DNA of 64,000 bases from Caldithrix sp. (GTDB lineage: Bacteria; Zhuqueibacterota; Zhuqueibacteria; Thermofontimicrobiales; Sulfurfontimicrobiaceae). This document shows, piece by piece, positions 42,564 through 53,556 of this stretch (its first letter is position 1; every line of letters begins with the position of its first letter). The notes under the pieces are model-generated. The model ran no database searches and was not told where the DNA came from. It saw only the letters and a program-made list of their open reading frames with translations. Location of the stretch: assembly GCA_020722815.1 (NCBI GenBank), contig DYKB01000033.1, positions 3,916 to 67,915 of the forward strand, written 5' to 3'. The translations under genes and the position numbers were made by a program.

Positions 42564-43958
42564 ATGTTGAAACAACAACGAACCATTGCAAATGCAATTT
42601 CATACACCGGCGTCGGGCTTCATACCGGAAATTTAACCACATTAACATTTAAACCAGCACCACCAAACACCGGTATTCGTTTTAAACGGATTGATCTGGA
42701 TGATTCACCGGAAATACCGGCTATTATTGATCATGTTGTCGATATTTCGCGTGGAACTTCATTAGGGATGAATAATGTTGTTATTCACACCGTGGAACAT
42801 GTATTATCCGCGGTGGCCGGCATGGAAATTGACAACATTCTGGTGGAATTAGATAACAATGAACCACCAGTCGGTGACGGGAGTGCGCTGCCTTTTGTGC
42901 AAGCCCTTACCGAGGCGGGTATTGTTGAACAGGATTCACCCAAAGATTATCTGGTCATCGAAGATACGATTGCTTTTTCGAATGAGCAAAAAGGGATCGA
43001 TATTGTTGTCTTCCCTTCTGATGAATTTCGTATCACTTTTATGGTCGATTATAAAAATCCGGCTTTAGGCACGCAATACACCTCAATGTATTCTTTAACC
43101 GATGAATTTGTACGCGAATATGCCCCGGCGCGAACATTCTGCTTTCTCCATGAAGTTGAACAATTACGTGAAATGGGATTGGCAAAAGGCGGAAGTCTGG
43201 ATAATGCCGTTGTCATTATCGATAAAGAAATCGACAACACCGAGTTAAATCATCTCAAAAAATTATTTAATCTAAATCAGGAAATCATTTTAGGCGCCAA
43301 TGGCATCCTGAATGGAAAAGAATTACGCTTTCCCAATGAACCAGTGCGACATAAGACCGTGGATTTAATCGGCGATTTAGCTTTGTTAGGCGTGCCAATC
43401 ATCGCCCATATTATTGCCGCCCGCAGTGGCCATGGCGCAAATGTGGAACTGGTAAAAATGCTGCGCAAGGAACTGGAGAAAAAACAGATAGTTTCCAAGT
43501 ATCAGGAAAAAAGGGGAAAAGGTTTTGTTTTTGATACCAAGGCCATTCAGCGCATTCTGCCCCATCGCTATCCATTTTTGCTCGTGGACAAAATCGTTGA
43601 CTTGATACCACGGGAACGCGCCGTGGGTATCAAAAATGTATCAATTAATGAACATTTTTTTCAGGGACATTTTCCCGGCCACCCGGTGATGCCAGGCGTT
43701 TTAATTGTTGAAGCGATGGCACAGGTAGGTGGTGTATTATTATTGAACGCTCAGGAGGATTATTCCAATAAACTGGTATATTTTACCGGTATCGATAAAG
43801 TCCGCTTTCGCAAAACAGTTGTTCCTGGCGATCAAATTCGCTTTGATGTCGAAATGTTACAATTTCGTCGTTCCATTTGTCGCATTGGCGGAAAGGCCTA
43901 CGTTGCCGGCGATTTGGTTTGTGAAGCCGAATTAATGGCCGCCGTTGTTGAACGATAA
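42564..43958 (+). CDS. lpxC: Bifunctional LpxC/FabZ
   Basis: GVGLHTG, TVEHVLS, ARTFCF, RHKTVDLIGD, then LPHRYPFLLVD and FQGHFPGHPVMPGVL. Confidence 0.97.
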   Translation: MLKQQRTIANAISYTGVGLHTGNLTTLTFKPAPPNTGIRFKRIDLDDSPEIPAIIDHVVDISRGTSLGMNNVVIHTVEHVLSAVAGMEIDNILVELDNNEPPVGDGSALPFVQALTEAGIVEQDSPKDYLVIEDTIAFSNEQKGIDIVVFPSDEFRITFMVDYKNPALGTQYTSMYSLTDEFVREYAPARTFCFLHEVEQLREMGLAKGGSLDNAVVIIDKEIDNTELNHLKKLFNLNQEIILGANGILNGKELRFPNEPVRHKTVDLIGDLALLGVPIIAHIIAARSGHGANVELVKMLRKELEKKQIVSKYQEKRGKGFVFDTKAIQRILPHRYPFLLVDKIVDLIPRERAVGIKNVSINEHFFQGHFPGHPVMPGVLIVEAMAQVGGVLLLNAQEDYSNKLVYFTGIDKVRFRKTVVPGDQIRFDVEMLQFRRSICRIGGKAYVAGDLVCEAELMAAVVER

Positions 43959-44023
43959 AATTTTACTTGAAAAATTCTATTTATTCCCGTATTTTATATG
44001 CCGATTTCTTAAATGTGAATTCA

Positions 44024-44187
44024 CTACCGTACACTTTTTGATTCGTCAAAGCCTGCCCTCACCCTAACCCTCTCCCAGGGGGAGAGGGAATAGCTACGCC
44101 CTCTCCCTTTGGGAGAGGGTTGGGGTGAGGGCTTTGAGCGTGGCTTAAAAAGAAATCATTAAGGTAATGTAAAAAAGTGTACGGTAG
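44024..44187. mobile_element. MITE-like element, family C, with a CCCTCACCCTAACCCTCTCCC REP core
   Basis: Perfect 16-bp TIR CTACCGTACACTTTTT / AAAAAGTGTACGGTAG; AAATGTGAA repeated 3-4 bp outside both ends; double-hairpin core ~44056-44132. Confidence 0.8.
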
Positions 44188-44210
44188 AAAAAATGTGAAA
44201 AGGAACTTCA

Positions 44211-44999
44211 ATGTCTGATAATACTAAAATTGATCGCCTGGCGATTGTCGATCCAAAAGCCGAATTGGCTGAGGGTGTGGAAGTTGGTCCGTTTACCGTC
44301 ATTGATGCAGATGTTCGCATTGGAAAAGGGACTAAAATTGCTTCTCATGCCCGGATTGCTAGTGGAACCACTGTTGGTGAAAATTGTAACATAGGACATG
44401 GCACGATTTTAGGAACATTACCACAATACCTGGGATTTAATCCTGAGGAAAAAACTACCGTTGAAGTGGGAAACAATACAATTTTCCGTGAGTATTGTAC
44501 CGTGAATCGCGGCACGTCCCATCGCGGCAAAACGACTATCGGCTCTAACTGTTACCTGATGACCTATTCCCACGTGGGGCATGATGCGGATATTGGCAAT
44601 AACGTGGTCATGGCAAATGCCGTCAATATCGGTGGACATGTGGTCGTTGAAGATTTTGTAGGCATTGGCGGAATGACGCCAATCCACCAATTTTGCAAAG
44701 TTGGTTGCCACGCTTTTGTTGGCGGTGGGTATCGAATCGTCAAGGATGTTCCCCCTTATATCCTGGCGTCCGGGGAACCTCTCCAATATACTGGATTAAA
44801 TTTTATTGGACTCACGCGTCGTGGATTTAAGCCAGAAACGATCGCTGAAATAAAAAGTGTTTATCGAATTTTATATCATCAAAAGGGGTTGAATGTTTCG
44901 CAGGCTTTACAGAAAATAAAAACCGAATTAAATATAACCCCGATTGTCGAACAGATCATTAAATTTATTGAGAGCAGTGAACGCGGAATTATACGATAG
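44211..44999 (+). CDS. lpxA: UDP-N-acetylglucosamine acyltransferase
   Basis: Hexapeptide repeats, REYCTVNRGT, HVGHD, IHQF, KDVPPY, SERGIIR. Confidence 0.97.
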   Translation: MSDNTKIDRLAIVDPKAELAEGVEVGPFTVIDADVRIGKGTKIASHARIASGTTVGENCNIGHGTILGTLPQYLGFNPEEKTTVEVGNNTIFREYCTVNRGTSHRGKTTIGSNCYLMTYSHVGHDADIGNNVVMANAVNIGGHVVVEDFVGIGGMTPIHQFCKVGCHAFVGGGYRIVKDVPPYILASGEPLQYTGLNFIGLTRRGFKPETIAEIKSVYRILYHQKGLNVSQALQKIKTELNITPIVEQIIKFIESSERGIIR

Positions 45000-45828
45000 T
45001 TCTTTGTCAGAAATTAAGACCAAATCATGGTATCTTTTAGATTCTGGTGCTCAGGATGCCTTTGCCAACATGGCGATTGATGATTTTTTAGCCCGGGAAG
45101 CTAATTTAGATGCCCCGGTTTTACGTTTCTATCATTGGCAACCGTATGCAATTTCCCTCGGCTATAATCAACGACCGGAAGATATTGATTTCGAGAAGTG
45201 TCGCGCCAATAATATCGACGTCGTCAGGCGTCCAACAGGCGGTCGGGCGGTTTTACATGCCGAGGAAGTTACCTATGCTGTCATCATTCCCCCAAAAGCA
45301 TCTGAATGGTATCAACTACCAATAAAACAGTTGTATCGGGTGATTGGTGGCGCGTTACTTAAAGGTCTATCATATCTGGGGATTGACGCCGGTTTTGAAG
45401 AAAAAACCAGTGGCAATGTTTCTTATGCCGCCCGAACGAAAGCGGCCATTCCGTGCTTCTCCGCTTCTGCCCAATATGAAATTTTAGTGGGTGGCAAGAA
45501 ATTAATCGGTAGTGCACAAAGACGATTTGACGCGGGGATTTTGCAGCATGGTTCTATTTTAACTGGTCTTTATCATTTAAAATTGCCATATTTTTTAAAA
45601 TTGACCGATTCGAACGAAGAGCAAAAAATCGTAGATTATTTAAAAAAGAAAACCACGACAATTTCCGAAAGTCTGAATCGGCAGGTTCTTTATCCGGAAG
45701 TTGTCAGAGCTTTTACAAGGGGATTTTGTGAACAGCTTCAAATCTCATTCAGGAACAAAACGTTAACTCCGGAGGAGTTTACACTAATTCATTTAAACAG
45801 GATTAAATATTTAGCAATAGGGAGGTAA
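44944..45828 (+). CDS. Lipoate-protein ligase A family protein (LipM/LplA-like)
   Basis: NMAIDD, LRFYHW, VVRRPTGGRAVLH, KKLIGSAQRR, LQHGSI; start uncertain (possibly GTG 44977). Confidence 0.92.
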   Translation: MSNRSLNLLRAVNAELYDSSLSEIKTKSWYLLDSGAQDAFANMAIDDFLAREANLDAPVLRFYHWQPYAISLGYNQRPEDIDFEKCRANNIDVVRRPTGGRAVLHAEEVTYAVIIPPKASEWYQLPIKQLYRVIGGALLKGLSYLGIDAGFEEKTSGNVSYAARTKAAIPCFSASAQYEILVGGKKLIGSAQRRFDAGILQHGSILTGLYHLKLPYFLKLTDSNEEQKIVDYLKKKTTTISESLNRQVLYPEVVRAFTRGFCEQLQISFRNKTLTPEEFTLIHLNRIKYLAIGR

Positions 45829-45831
45829 TTT

Positions 45832-46656
45832 ATGAAATTTAAAATTTTTTTCACAATCAGTTTGCTCCTTTTCCTAAGTTTAGCAAGTAATGTATCTTTT
45901 TCCCAGATTACCGCCGACCTTGAAGATTACTATCAAGCCTCTGGTGGCAAATCTGCAAAAGAAAACCTGGATGCCAATGTTCAGCCACTTCTGGAGCTTT
46001 TTGGATTCTACACGGGCGGAGGTATGTATAATACTGCCAAAACCCACGGTATCCTCGGTGTTGATGTTGGTGTCAAGGCTGTCATGATGGTCATCAGTGA
46101 TGATATGAAAACCGATTGGGCAGGTACCGGTGGGGTTAAGGGCGGCCCATTGGGTGATTATAAAGCAGTTCCATTGCCCGTAATTCAAGCCGGCGTCGGT
46201 TTGGGAAGTAATCTCGAATTGATGGGACGCTTTTTTAGTGCCCCCATCGCTGAGTCCAATGGGAAAAAGGAAAATATCACCTTATTAGGTGTTGGTTTAA
46301 AATATGGAGTTATCCAGAGTTTGGTGCTTCCCCGCGTCAGTATCATTGCTGCCTATCATAAACTTTCTGTTCCAGTTGAATATGATTTTGGTGATGTCTC
46401 CGCACTCAGCTTGGATCTGGTCGTCAGCAAGGGAATCCCGTTTCTGGCAACTTTCTATGGTGGTATCGGAATTGATAAATCCAATATGACCGTTGACATT
46501 AAACAAATTAGTCAATCTTTTGATTATTCCTCATCCCAATTTCGTGGTGTTGTGGGAATCAAATTTGATTTTATTCCACTGGTTTATGCCAATGTTGATT
46601 ACAATTTTGGTGCGCATCAAGGTTTGACTTTTGGATTAGGATTAAGTCTTCGATAA
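45832..46656 (+). CDS. Outer-membrane beta-barrel protein (DUF6588-like)
   Basis: Signal peptide, GMYNTAKTHGILGVDVG, PLPVIQAGVG, GVGLKY, alternating C-terminal strands. Confidence 0.7.
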   Translation: MKFKIFFTISLLLFLSLASNVSFSQITADLEDYYQASGGKSAKENLDANVQPLLELFGFYTGGGMYNTAKTHGILGVDVGVKAVMMVISDDMKTDWAGTGGVKGGPLGDYKAVPLPVIQAGVGLGSNLELMGRFFSAPIAESNGKKENITLLGVGLKYGVIQSLVLPRVSIIAAYHKLSVPVEYDFGDVSALSLDLVVSKGIPFLATFYGGIGIDKSNMTVDIKQISQSFDYSSSQFRGVVGIKFDFIPLVYANVDYNFGAHQGLTFGLGLSLR

Positions 46657-47825
46657 TGATGACCGAAAATTCAACCAGACGTATTACCTTATTGGGTTCA
46701 ACCGGTTCAATTGGAACCAATACGCTGGCAGTATTAGGTGAGTTTAGCGATAAATTTACTGTTAAATATCTCACCGCACACCAGAATTGGCAAAAATTAT
46801 TAATGCAGGCACAGGCTTTCAGGCCAGTAGCCGTTTGTTTGACCGGAATCGCCCCTGATTTGGCCATTGAAAACGCGTTTAAAAATCTTGGAATTGACAC
46901 CTGGTGGGGGGAAGCTGGTTTAATCGAAATTGCCAGTCAAACTGATACGGATATTATGATTAATGCCCTGGTAGGGGCCATTGGCCTGAAGCCGACCTTG
47001 CTCGCCATCGAAACGGGAAAAAATATCGCCCTATCAAATAAGGAAACGTTGGTGATGGCGGGTGAATTGGTCATGCAAGCCGCCCAAAAAAAAGGCGTCA
47101 CCGTAATCCCGATTGATAGTGAGCATAGTGCCATATTTCAATGTCTGACTGGTGAAAAGGCTGAAAGCATCGAACGGTTAATTTTAACAGCATCCGGTGG
47201 TCCGTTCTGGAAAAGAGATCCGGACACATTCAAAGACATTACCATTGCGGAGGCACTTAAACATCCCAATTGGAATATGGGACGTAAAATTACTATCGAC
47301 TCTGCCACCCTGATGAATAAGGGGCTGGAAGTTATCGAAGCCCATTGGCTTTTTAATATTGCGCCGGCGAGAATTAATGTCCTCATCCATCCACCGTCAA
47401 TTGTCCATTCGATGGTTGAATTTGTGGACGGTTCAATTAAAGCCCAACTCGGCGTTCCGGATATGAAAATTCCGATTCAATATGCACTTTCATATCCGGC
47501 CCGCTGGAAGAACAGTCAAATCACCCGTTTTGATCTGTCCCAACATTTTAAACTGGAATTTTATCCACCGGATTATACAAAATTTCGAACACTTGATCTG
47601 GCTTATGCCGCCCTGGAAACTGGAGGAACAGCATCGGCGATTTTAAATGCGGCCAATGAAGCCGCAGTTCAGGCTTTTCTGGATGAAAAAATTCAATTTC
47701 AGCAAATCGCCGAAACCATCGAATCAGCCTTAAATCATTTCTCTCATATTAAAACACCGGAACTCCAGGATTTATTGCAGGCCGATCAGTGGGCAAGAAC
47801 ATTTGTTGCCGAAAGTATAATATAA
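46656..47825 (+). CDS. dxr: 1-deoxy-D-xylulose-5-phosphate reductoisomerase
   Basis: LLGSTGSIG, NKETLV, PIDSEHSAIFQ, HPNWNMGRKITIDSATLMNKGLE. Confidence 0.98.
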   Translation: MMTENSTRRITLLGSTGSIGTNTLAVLGEFSDKFTVKYLTAHQNWQKLLMQAQAFRPVAVCLTGIAPDLAIENAFKNLGIDTWWGEAGLIEIASQTDTDIMINALVGAIGLKPTLLAIETGKNIALSNKETLVMAGELVMQAAQKKGVTVIPIDSEHSAIFQCLTGEKAESIERLILTASGGPFWKRDPDTFKDITIAEALKHPNWNMGRKITIDSATLMNKGLEVIEAHWLFNIAPARINVLIHPPSIVHSMVEFVDGSIKAQLGVPDMKIPIQYALSYPARWKNSQITRFDLSQHFKLEFYPPDYTKFRTLDLAYAALETGGTASAILNAANEAAVQAFLDEKIQFQQIAETIESALNHFSHIKTPELQDLLQADQWARTFVAESII

Positions 47826-48017
47826 CTCTTAACAGTGAACGAAAATTTTGGAATGACAAGAACTTTTCCTGATTTTTAACGTTAAAGAAGGTTGGATTTC
47901 AATTCTTTTTGAAATGTGATGTTTTTTGCGATATTTTTATCATGATACCGACCTGGATAATTGAAATTTAAATGTGAATTTTCCGGGATTGTTCGTTTTT
48001 TGGAAAAAGGATTAAAA

Positions 48018-49109
48018 ATGGCTATTATTTCATGGATATTAAATCATCTGTATATGATTCCGGCTATTATTTTTGCAATTGGTCTTTTAGTTTTCATACA
48101 TGAATTAGGACATTTTTTGCTGGCCAAGCTCGTTGGAATCCGGGTTGAAAGATTTTCTTTGGGGTATCCACCTCGCTTGTTTGGCAAAAAAATCGGCGAA
48201 ACGGATTATTGCATTTCCCTGGTACCACTTGGCGGCTATGTGAAATTATCGGGCATGATTGACGAAAGTATGGATGAAGCCAGCATCAAAGGTGAACCGT
48301 ATGAATTTATGTCCAAACCGATTTATCAACGATTTCTGGTCATTCTTGCTGGCCCGATCATGAATCTGTTATTTCCGGTGCTGCTTTTTGCGCTGTTTGC
48401 TTATTTGGTCGGCCTCAAAAGTATAGTTGATAAGCCGATCGTCGGCGAAGTTGTTGCCGAGATGCCCGCCGCGCAAGCCGGGATTAAAGCAGGTGACCAC
48501 ATTCTGCGAATTAATGGAAATGAATTAAAAACGTGGCAGGATATCGTTGAAAATATTCGAAACACCCCGGAAAATCAGTCAATTGAAATTGTTTGGCGTT
48601 CTGGTGATCAGGAGTTTTCGAAGATTATTACCCCACAATATGACGTGCAACAAAAATCGGCAAAGATTGGTATTGGGTACACCACGACAACTGAACAATA
48701 TGGTTTTATTGGTGCCGTTCAACACGGATTTATTTCAACTTATATTTATACAAAATTGACCCTCGAAGCACTGGGACAGGTGATTACAGGCGAACGAAAT
48801 TTAAAGGAGTCAGTCGCCGGGCCTGTTCGTATTTTTACCGAAATCGGTAAAAGTGCCAAAGAAGGATGGCAGACATATCTTGGTTTAATTGCGTTGATTA
48901 GTTTAAATCTGGGCATTTTTAATTTACTGCCAATTCCGGTTCTGGATGGTGGCCATCTGCTCTATCTATTAATCGAAGCCGTCATTCGACGCCCAATTCC
49001 GACAAAAACCAAATTAATTATTCAGCAAATTGGGATGGCCTTTTTGCTGATTTTAATAGTCTTGGTAACTTATAACGATGTAATTTACAGTATTTTTTAC
49101 TCTAACTAA
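48018..49109 (+). CDS. rseP: RIP metalloprotease RseP
   Basis: HELGH, PLGGYV, PDZ domain, NLLPIPVLDGGH; start moved to ATG 48018. Confidence 0.96.
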   Translation: MAIISWILNHLYMIPAIIFAIGLLVFIHELGHFLLAKLVGIRVERFSLGYPPRLFGKKIGETDYCISLVPLGGYVKLSGMIDESMDEASIKGEPYEFMSKPIYQRFLVILAGPIMNLLFPVLLFALFAYLVGLKSIVDKPIVGEVVAEMPAAQAGIKAGDHILRINGNELKTWQDIVENIRNTPENQSIEIVWRSGDQEFSKIITPQYDVQQKSAKIGIGYTTTTEQYGFIGAVQHGFISTYIYTKLTLEALGQVITGERNLKESVAGPVRIFTEIGKSAKEGWQTYLGLIALISLNLGIFNLLPIPVLDGGHLLYLLIEAVIRRPIPTKTKLIIQQIGMAFLLILIVLVTYNDVIYSIFYSN

Positions 49110-49145
49110 TTGTAATTTATCAGGTTATTAGAATTTGGCTGCAAC

Positions 49146-49301
49146 CGTTTCACCGGTTCCAGGTTCACCGTTCCCAGCTATTGTCGTATTTTATGTTTTT
49201 AATAATATGCTGCCAATAGCGCTAGATTCAAAAGCACGTATTTAAGCAGACGCGGCTTTTTAACTCTGAACGATGAACCTGAAACCCTGAACCTGTAAAC
49301 G
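49146..49301. repeat. Heptamer-based inverted repeat (GGTTCAC/TGAACC type)
   Basis: CGTTTCACCGGTTCCAGGTTCACCGTTC ... GAACGATGAACCTGAAACCCTGAACCTGTAAACG. Confidence 0.6.
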
Positions 49302-49605
49302 CATACGCATTCATGGCAAACTAAAAACTAACGACCTGAATAATTATTAGCTCCTTAAAAACGTTTCTGAACAACTTTATTTATTCAACCCAAGCATTTA
49401 ATGCTTTTGACCTGTCCTATGAATCTAAATGAGCCAAAGTCATACCAGATACTGATTCAGGCTGCAAACCTGATTGCATTACTCGAAAATTATACCTGAT
49501 AACGCTAACTCGAACCCCATTTAACTTAAAAAATAATTCTTTTTTATTAAACGATAATTCATTTTCATCATTTGACGCTGATTTTCGCTTAAAAGGAGGT
49601 AAGCC

Positions 49606-50769
49606 ATGAAATTTGCTAATCGTATGGGCCTTTTGGGCACTGAAACTGCTTTTTTGGTATTCGCCAAAGCTAAAGCACTCGAAGCCAAAGGCAAAAACAT
49701 TATTCATCTCGAAATCGGAGAGCCTGATTTTGATACGCCGAAAAATATTGTCAATGCGGCGGTTAAAGCCCTGCAGGAGGGACAAACTCACTATGGACCA
49801 GCGCCTGGAATTCCAGCGCTTCGAAAAACCATTGCCGACGATGCTAAAAAATGGCGAGGAATCAATTTCAATCCAGAACAGGTAGTCGTAACACCAGGGG
49901 CAAAACCCATTATGTTTTTCTCAATTATGGCGTTGGTAAATCCCGGCGATGAGGTTATCTACCCCAATCCAGGTTTTCCTATCTATGAATCCGTCATTCG
50001 CTTTGCCGAAGCAACTGCCGTACCACTTCCATTGCTCGAATCCCGCGATTTCAGTTTTGAAATCGATACACTCAAAAAATTAATTACACCGAAAACCCGA
50101 ATGATTATTTTAAACTCCCCACATAATCCCACTGGAGGTGTTTTGTCCCGTGCCGATCTGGAAGCCGTTGCCAATCTCATCGATGGAAAAGACATCTGGG
50201 TGCTCACCGATGAAGTGTATAAAGAATTGGTTTTCGAGGGGAGCTATTTTAGTTTTGCTTCAATTCCAGGTGTCATGGACAGGACGATAATTCTGGATGG
50301 CTATTCCAAATCCTACGCAATGACTGGTTGGCGATTGGGATATGGCATTATGCCAGCCGAGTTGGCTGAACAAATCACCAAACTGGCCATCAATTGTCAT
50401 TCCTGTACGGCCAGTTTTACACAATACGCCGGAATCGAGGCATTAATTGGTCCTCAGGATGATTCCAAAAAGATGGTTGCCGAATTTAGAAAACGTCGTG
50501 AAGTGATTGTTGACGGCTTAAACCAGATAAAAGGGATATCCTGCCTGAAGCCAAAAGGTGCTTTTTATGTATTCCCAAATATTACAAAATTGCCAATTTC
50601 CAGTCAGAAATTGGAAAACTATTTATTGGAAGAGGCTGGAGTCGCAACTCTTTCCGGGACAGCGTTTGGTAAATATGGAAATGGTTACCTGCGGCTTTCT
50701 TATGCCAATTCAATTGAAAATATTAACAAAGCATTACAGCGTATTGAAAACGCATTACAAAAGCTCTAA
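49606..50769 (+). CDS. Class I/II PLP-dependent aminotransferase (aspartate aminotransferase-like)
   Basis: GEPDFDTP, NSPHNPTG, TDEVY, SKSYAMTGWRLG. Confidence 0.95.
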   Translation: MKFANRMGLLGTETAFLVFAKAKALEAKGKNIIHLEIGEPDFDTPKNIVNAAVKALQEGQTHYGPAPGIPALRKTIADDAKKWRGINFNPEQVVVTPGAKPIMFFSIMALVNPGDEVIYPNPGFPIYESVIRFAEATAVPLPLLESRDFSFEIDTLKKLITPKTRMIILNSPHNPTGGVLSRADLEAVANLIDGKDIWVLTDEVYKELVFEGSYFSFASIPGVMDRTIILDGYSKSYAMTGWRLGYGIMPAELAEQITKLAINCHSCTASFTQYAGIEALIGPQDDSKKMVAEFRKRREVIVDGLNQIKGISCLKPKGAFYVFPNITKLPISSQKLENYLLEEAGVATLSGTAFGKYGNGYLRLSYANSIENINKALQRIENALQKL

Positions 50770-50832
50770 ATTTTAATGAGTTTGTTAGAATCGATTCATC
50801 ATTGGAAATTTTCAATTAATTGACTTTTCAGA

Positions 50833-51079
50833 AGAGCCTTCAAGGTTTGTCTCATGAAATTGAAATAGATGACTGATTGTATCACCTCGAAAATAAAGGG
50901 TGATGGTGTCATTCTGAATTCAGCGTTTGATGCTAAACGAAGAATTGAAAGACCTTCAATACGACATCGTACTGCAGATTCTTCGCTTCACTGAGGATGA
51001 CAGGCGACATTATTCAACCTCAATTATTGAGCGGATATGATAATTCAAAAAATTTTATTCAGGCAAACCTCAAAGGTCT
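50833..51079. mobile_element. Composite repeat: AGACCTT-type arms enclosing a family-B palindromic core
   Basis: Arms AGAGCCTTCAAGGTTTGTCTCATGAAATT / AATTTTATTCAGGCAAACCTCAAAGGTCT; core TGTCATTCTGA...GATTCTTCGCTTCACTGAGGATGACA at 50907-51002. Confidence 0.6.
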
Positions 51080-51120
51080 AATATTTATTTAAAATTACAA
51101 TTAAAACTGGTGAGGAAAAT

Positions 51121-52209
51121 TTGGAAATCAAAAAATTAACACTGTATGATGTTCATAAACGTGCCGGTGCCAAAATCGTAGACTTTGCGGGTTTTTGGAT
51201 GCCAATCCAATACGAAGGCATAATGAACGAGCATCGAAAAGTCCGCCATTCAGTGGGCTTATTTGATGTTTCTCACATGGGTGAGTTCATTGTAAAAGGG
51301 AAAAATGCACTTGAATTTTTGCAATTGGTCACTGTCAATGATGTGTCAAAATTGGCTGAATTTCAGGTTCAATACTCCGCGCTTTGTTATGACAACGGGG
51401 GAATCGTGGATGATTTGCTCGTCTACCGGCTTCCAGATTATTTTCTGGTGGTTGTAAACGCCTCGAACATCGAAAAAGATTTTGACTGGATGCAGAAACA
51501 TCTCATACCAGGTGTGGATTTTAAAAATTTAAGCGATGAATATGCTTTAATAGCAATCCAGGGAAGAAATAGTCTGCCGACTTTGCAAAAACTGACCAAA
51601 GTTCATCTAAGTGAGATTCCCTACTATTGGCTAACCACCGGTGAAGTTGGTGGCGTTAAATGTTTCATTTCCCGAACTGGCTATACCGGTGAATTGGGAT
51701 TCGAAATCGGTTTTCCACCGGAACATGCCGAAAAGATCTGGACATCATTGATGGAAGCTGGTGCAGAATTTGAAATTGCCCCCATCGGTCTTGCCGCGCG
51801 TGACACTTTGCGCCTGGAAATGAAATATTGTCTTTACGGCAATGATATCGATGCGACTACCAATCCCCTCGAGGCTGGCCTGGGATGGATTACCAAACTG
51901 AAAAAGGGAAATTTTATTGGTCGCGACGCCTTACTTCAGGTCAAAGCGCAGGGAGTATCCCGAAAGTTAGTGGGAATGGTTTTGGAAGAAAATGGAGTTC
52001 CCCGACATGGCTATCCCATATACAAAAATGGCTTGCGTATTGGCGAGGTAACCAGCGGAACCATGTCCCCCATGTTACAACAAGGGATTGCCATGGGGTA
52101 TGTGAAAACGGAATATGCCGAAATCGGTAATCAGATTGAAATCGAAATTCGCGGAAAACATCTTCCAGCAAAAGTGGTGGAAACGCCCTTTTACAAAATT
52201 CCTTATTAA
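51121..52209 (+). CDS. gcvT: Glycine cleavage system aminomethyltransferase T
   Basis: GLFDVSHMG, SRTGYTGELGFE, ARDTLRLE, VTSGTMSP. Confidence 0.97.
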   Translation: MEIKKLTLYDVHKRAGAKIVDFAGFWMPIQYEGIMNEHRKVRHSVGLFDVSHMGEFIVKGKNALEFLQLVTVNDVSKLAEFQVQYSALCYDNGGIVDDLLVYRLPDYFLVVVNASNIEKDFDWMQKHLIPGVDFKNLSDEYALIAIQGRNSLPTLQKLTKVHLSEIPYYWLTTGEVGGVKCFISRTGYTGELGFEIGFPPEHAEKIWTSLMEAGAEFEIAPIGLAARDTLRLEMKYCLYGNDIDATTNPLEAGLGWITKLKKGNFIGRDALLQVKAQGVSRKLVGMVLEENGVPRHGYPIYKNGLRIGEVTSGTMSPMLQQGIAMGYVKTEYAEIGNQIEIEIRGKHLPAKVVETPFYKIPY

Positions 52210-52552
52210 ATTAACAAAAACGCTTATTCATTTTATTGCTATTCAGGTGCAATGACTTTGTTTACATGATAATTCTGAACAAAGGCATTGCACTTTTTCT
52301 TTTTTATTCTTAAATTATGGCTGAAAAGGTGCTCTTTTCGAAAGCGATAACGCTGTTTGTATTTATAACTGGATGATTCAACTTTACCATTTTCAAGGAA
52401 CTATCTCAGGTAGATTGAGTAAAAGTTTAGTATTAAAAAATACAAAACAGATTCTATTGACCATAGAGTAAAAACCGGTAAACAACCCGGCGCAAATTCC
52501 TCTTATGATTTTTTTTTGATTCTGATAGAATATTGAATAATTGAGGTGAGTT

Positions 52553-53287
52553 TTGAAAGCCGAATTATCACTCACGCCGGAAGATTTTGAACCGGATGCA
52601 CTTCAGGGGAAAGTTGCGATTGCAATTGACATATTACGCGCCAGTACGACCATTATTACGGCTTTACAAAATGGCTGTCGCCAAATTCTTCCGGTCGCCG
52701 AAGTTGATACAGCCCGAAAACTAGCCCGGCTTCAATCTCAGGAAACAACTTTGCTGGGAGGAGAACGTGAGGGCAAAAAATTGGAAGGATTTCAGTTGGG
52801 AAATTCTCCCAGAGAGTATACGCCAGCAACTGTTTTACACAAAACATTAATATTTACCACCACCAATGGTACCCGGCTCTTGAATAGAACCCAGAAAGCC
52901 GAGTTAACACTTATTGCGGCTTTTGTGAATGCATCACAAATTGCTGAATATCTTTATCAAGCTGGAAAAAATTTTGCGATTTTATGTGCCGGAACCGAAG
53001 GGTGTTTTTCACTGGAAGATACTGTTTGTGCCGGAATGATTTTTTCCAATGTCTATAAAATGGCTTCGACCAGGTTACAGATAAATGATCTGGTGCTGAT
53101 GTCCATGATTTTATATCAAAAATTCGAAAATAATATTTTAAATATGTTAAAATTGGCACAACACGGTCGTTATTTAACGCAGATCGGCTTTGAAGCAGAT
53201 TTAATCAATTGTTCAAATGTGGATTCAATTCCAATTATTCCAGTATTTCGTAACGGGGTGGTTGAGTTATTACCGAGTGAAATTTAA
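52553..53287 (+). CDS. comB: 2-phosphosulfolactate phosphatase family protein
   Basis: IDILRASTT, GGEREG, GNSP, TTTNGT, FSLED. Confidence 0.93.
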   Translation: MKAELSLTPEDFEPDALQGKVAIAIDILRASTTIITALQNGCRQILPVAEVDTARKLARLQSQETTLLGGEREGKKLEGFQLGNSPREYTPATVLHKTLIFTTTNGTRLLNRTQKAELTLIAAFVNASQIAEYLYQAGKNFAILCAGTEGCFSLEDTVCAGMIFSNVYKMASTRLQINDLVLMSMILYQKFENNILNMLKLAQHGRYLTQIGFEADLINCSNVDSIPIIPVFRNGVVELLPSEI

Positions 53288-53556
53288 TTTTTATGAAGAA
53301 CCCTTCCCTGCCCTATTATCGTTAATTACTTCGCCGATTGATCCTGGTTCAAATTTGCAGAAAAGTGATGATTTATTGAGATTTTTGATCCAGGAAGGGT
53401 ATTTTTAACTGCTTTTTTGATAAGTTGATGCCGCAATAGCGCAAATATTAGGATGTTCAATATAAGCCTTTATCAAGATTTATTGAACGGTGGGTGAGGT
53501 CAATTTAAAATATCTTCTAACAGTTAGATAAGAAATTTTGAGAGAGGAAGTTACTC

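Noticed and set aside
42564-43958. LpxC-FabZ fusion as a novelty
   Set aside because: Well-known fusion in Bacteroidota, Chlorobiota and relatives
49417-49791. 124-aa minus-strand ORF
   Set aside because: Antisense to the aminotransferase start; no motifs
50770-51120. Glycine riboswitch upstream of gcvT
   Set aside because: No tandem aptamer motifs; the region is explained by the composite repeat
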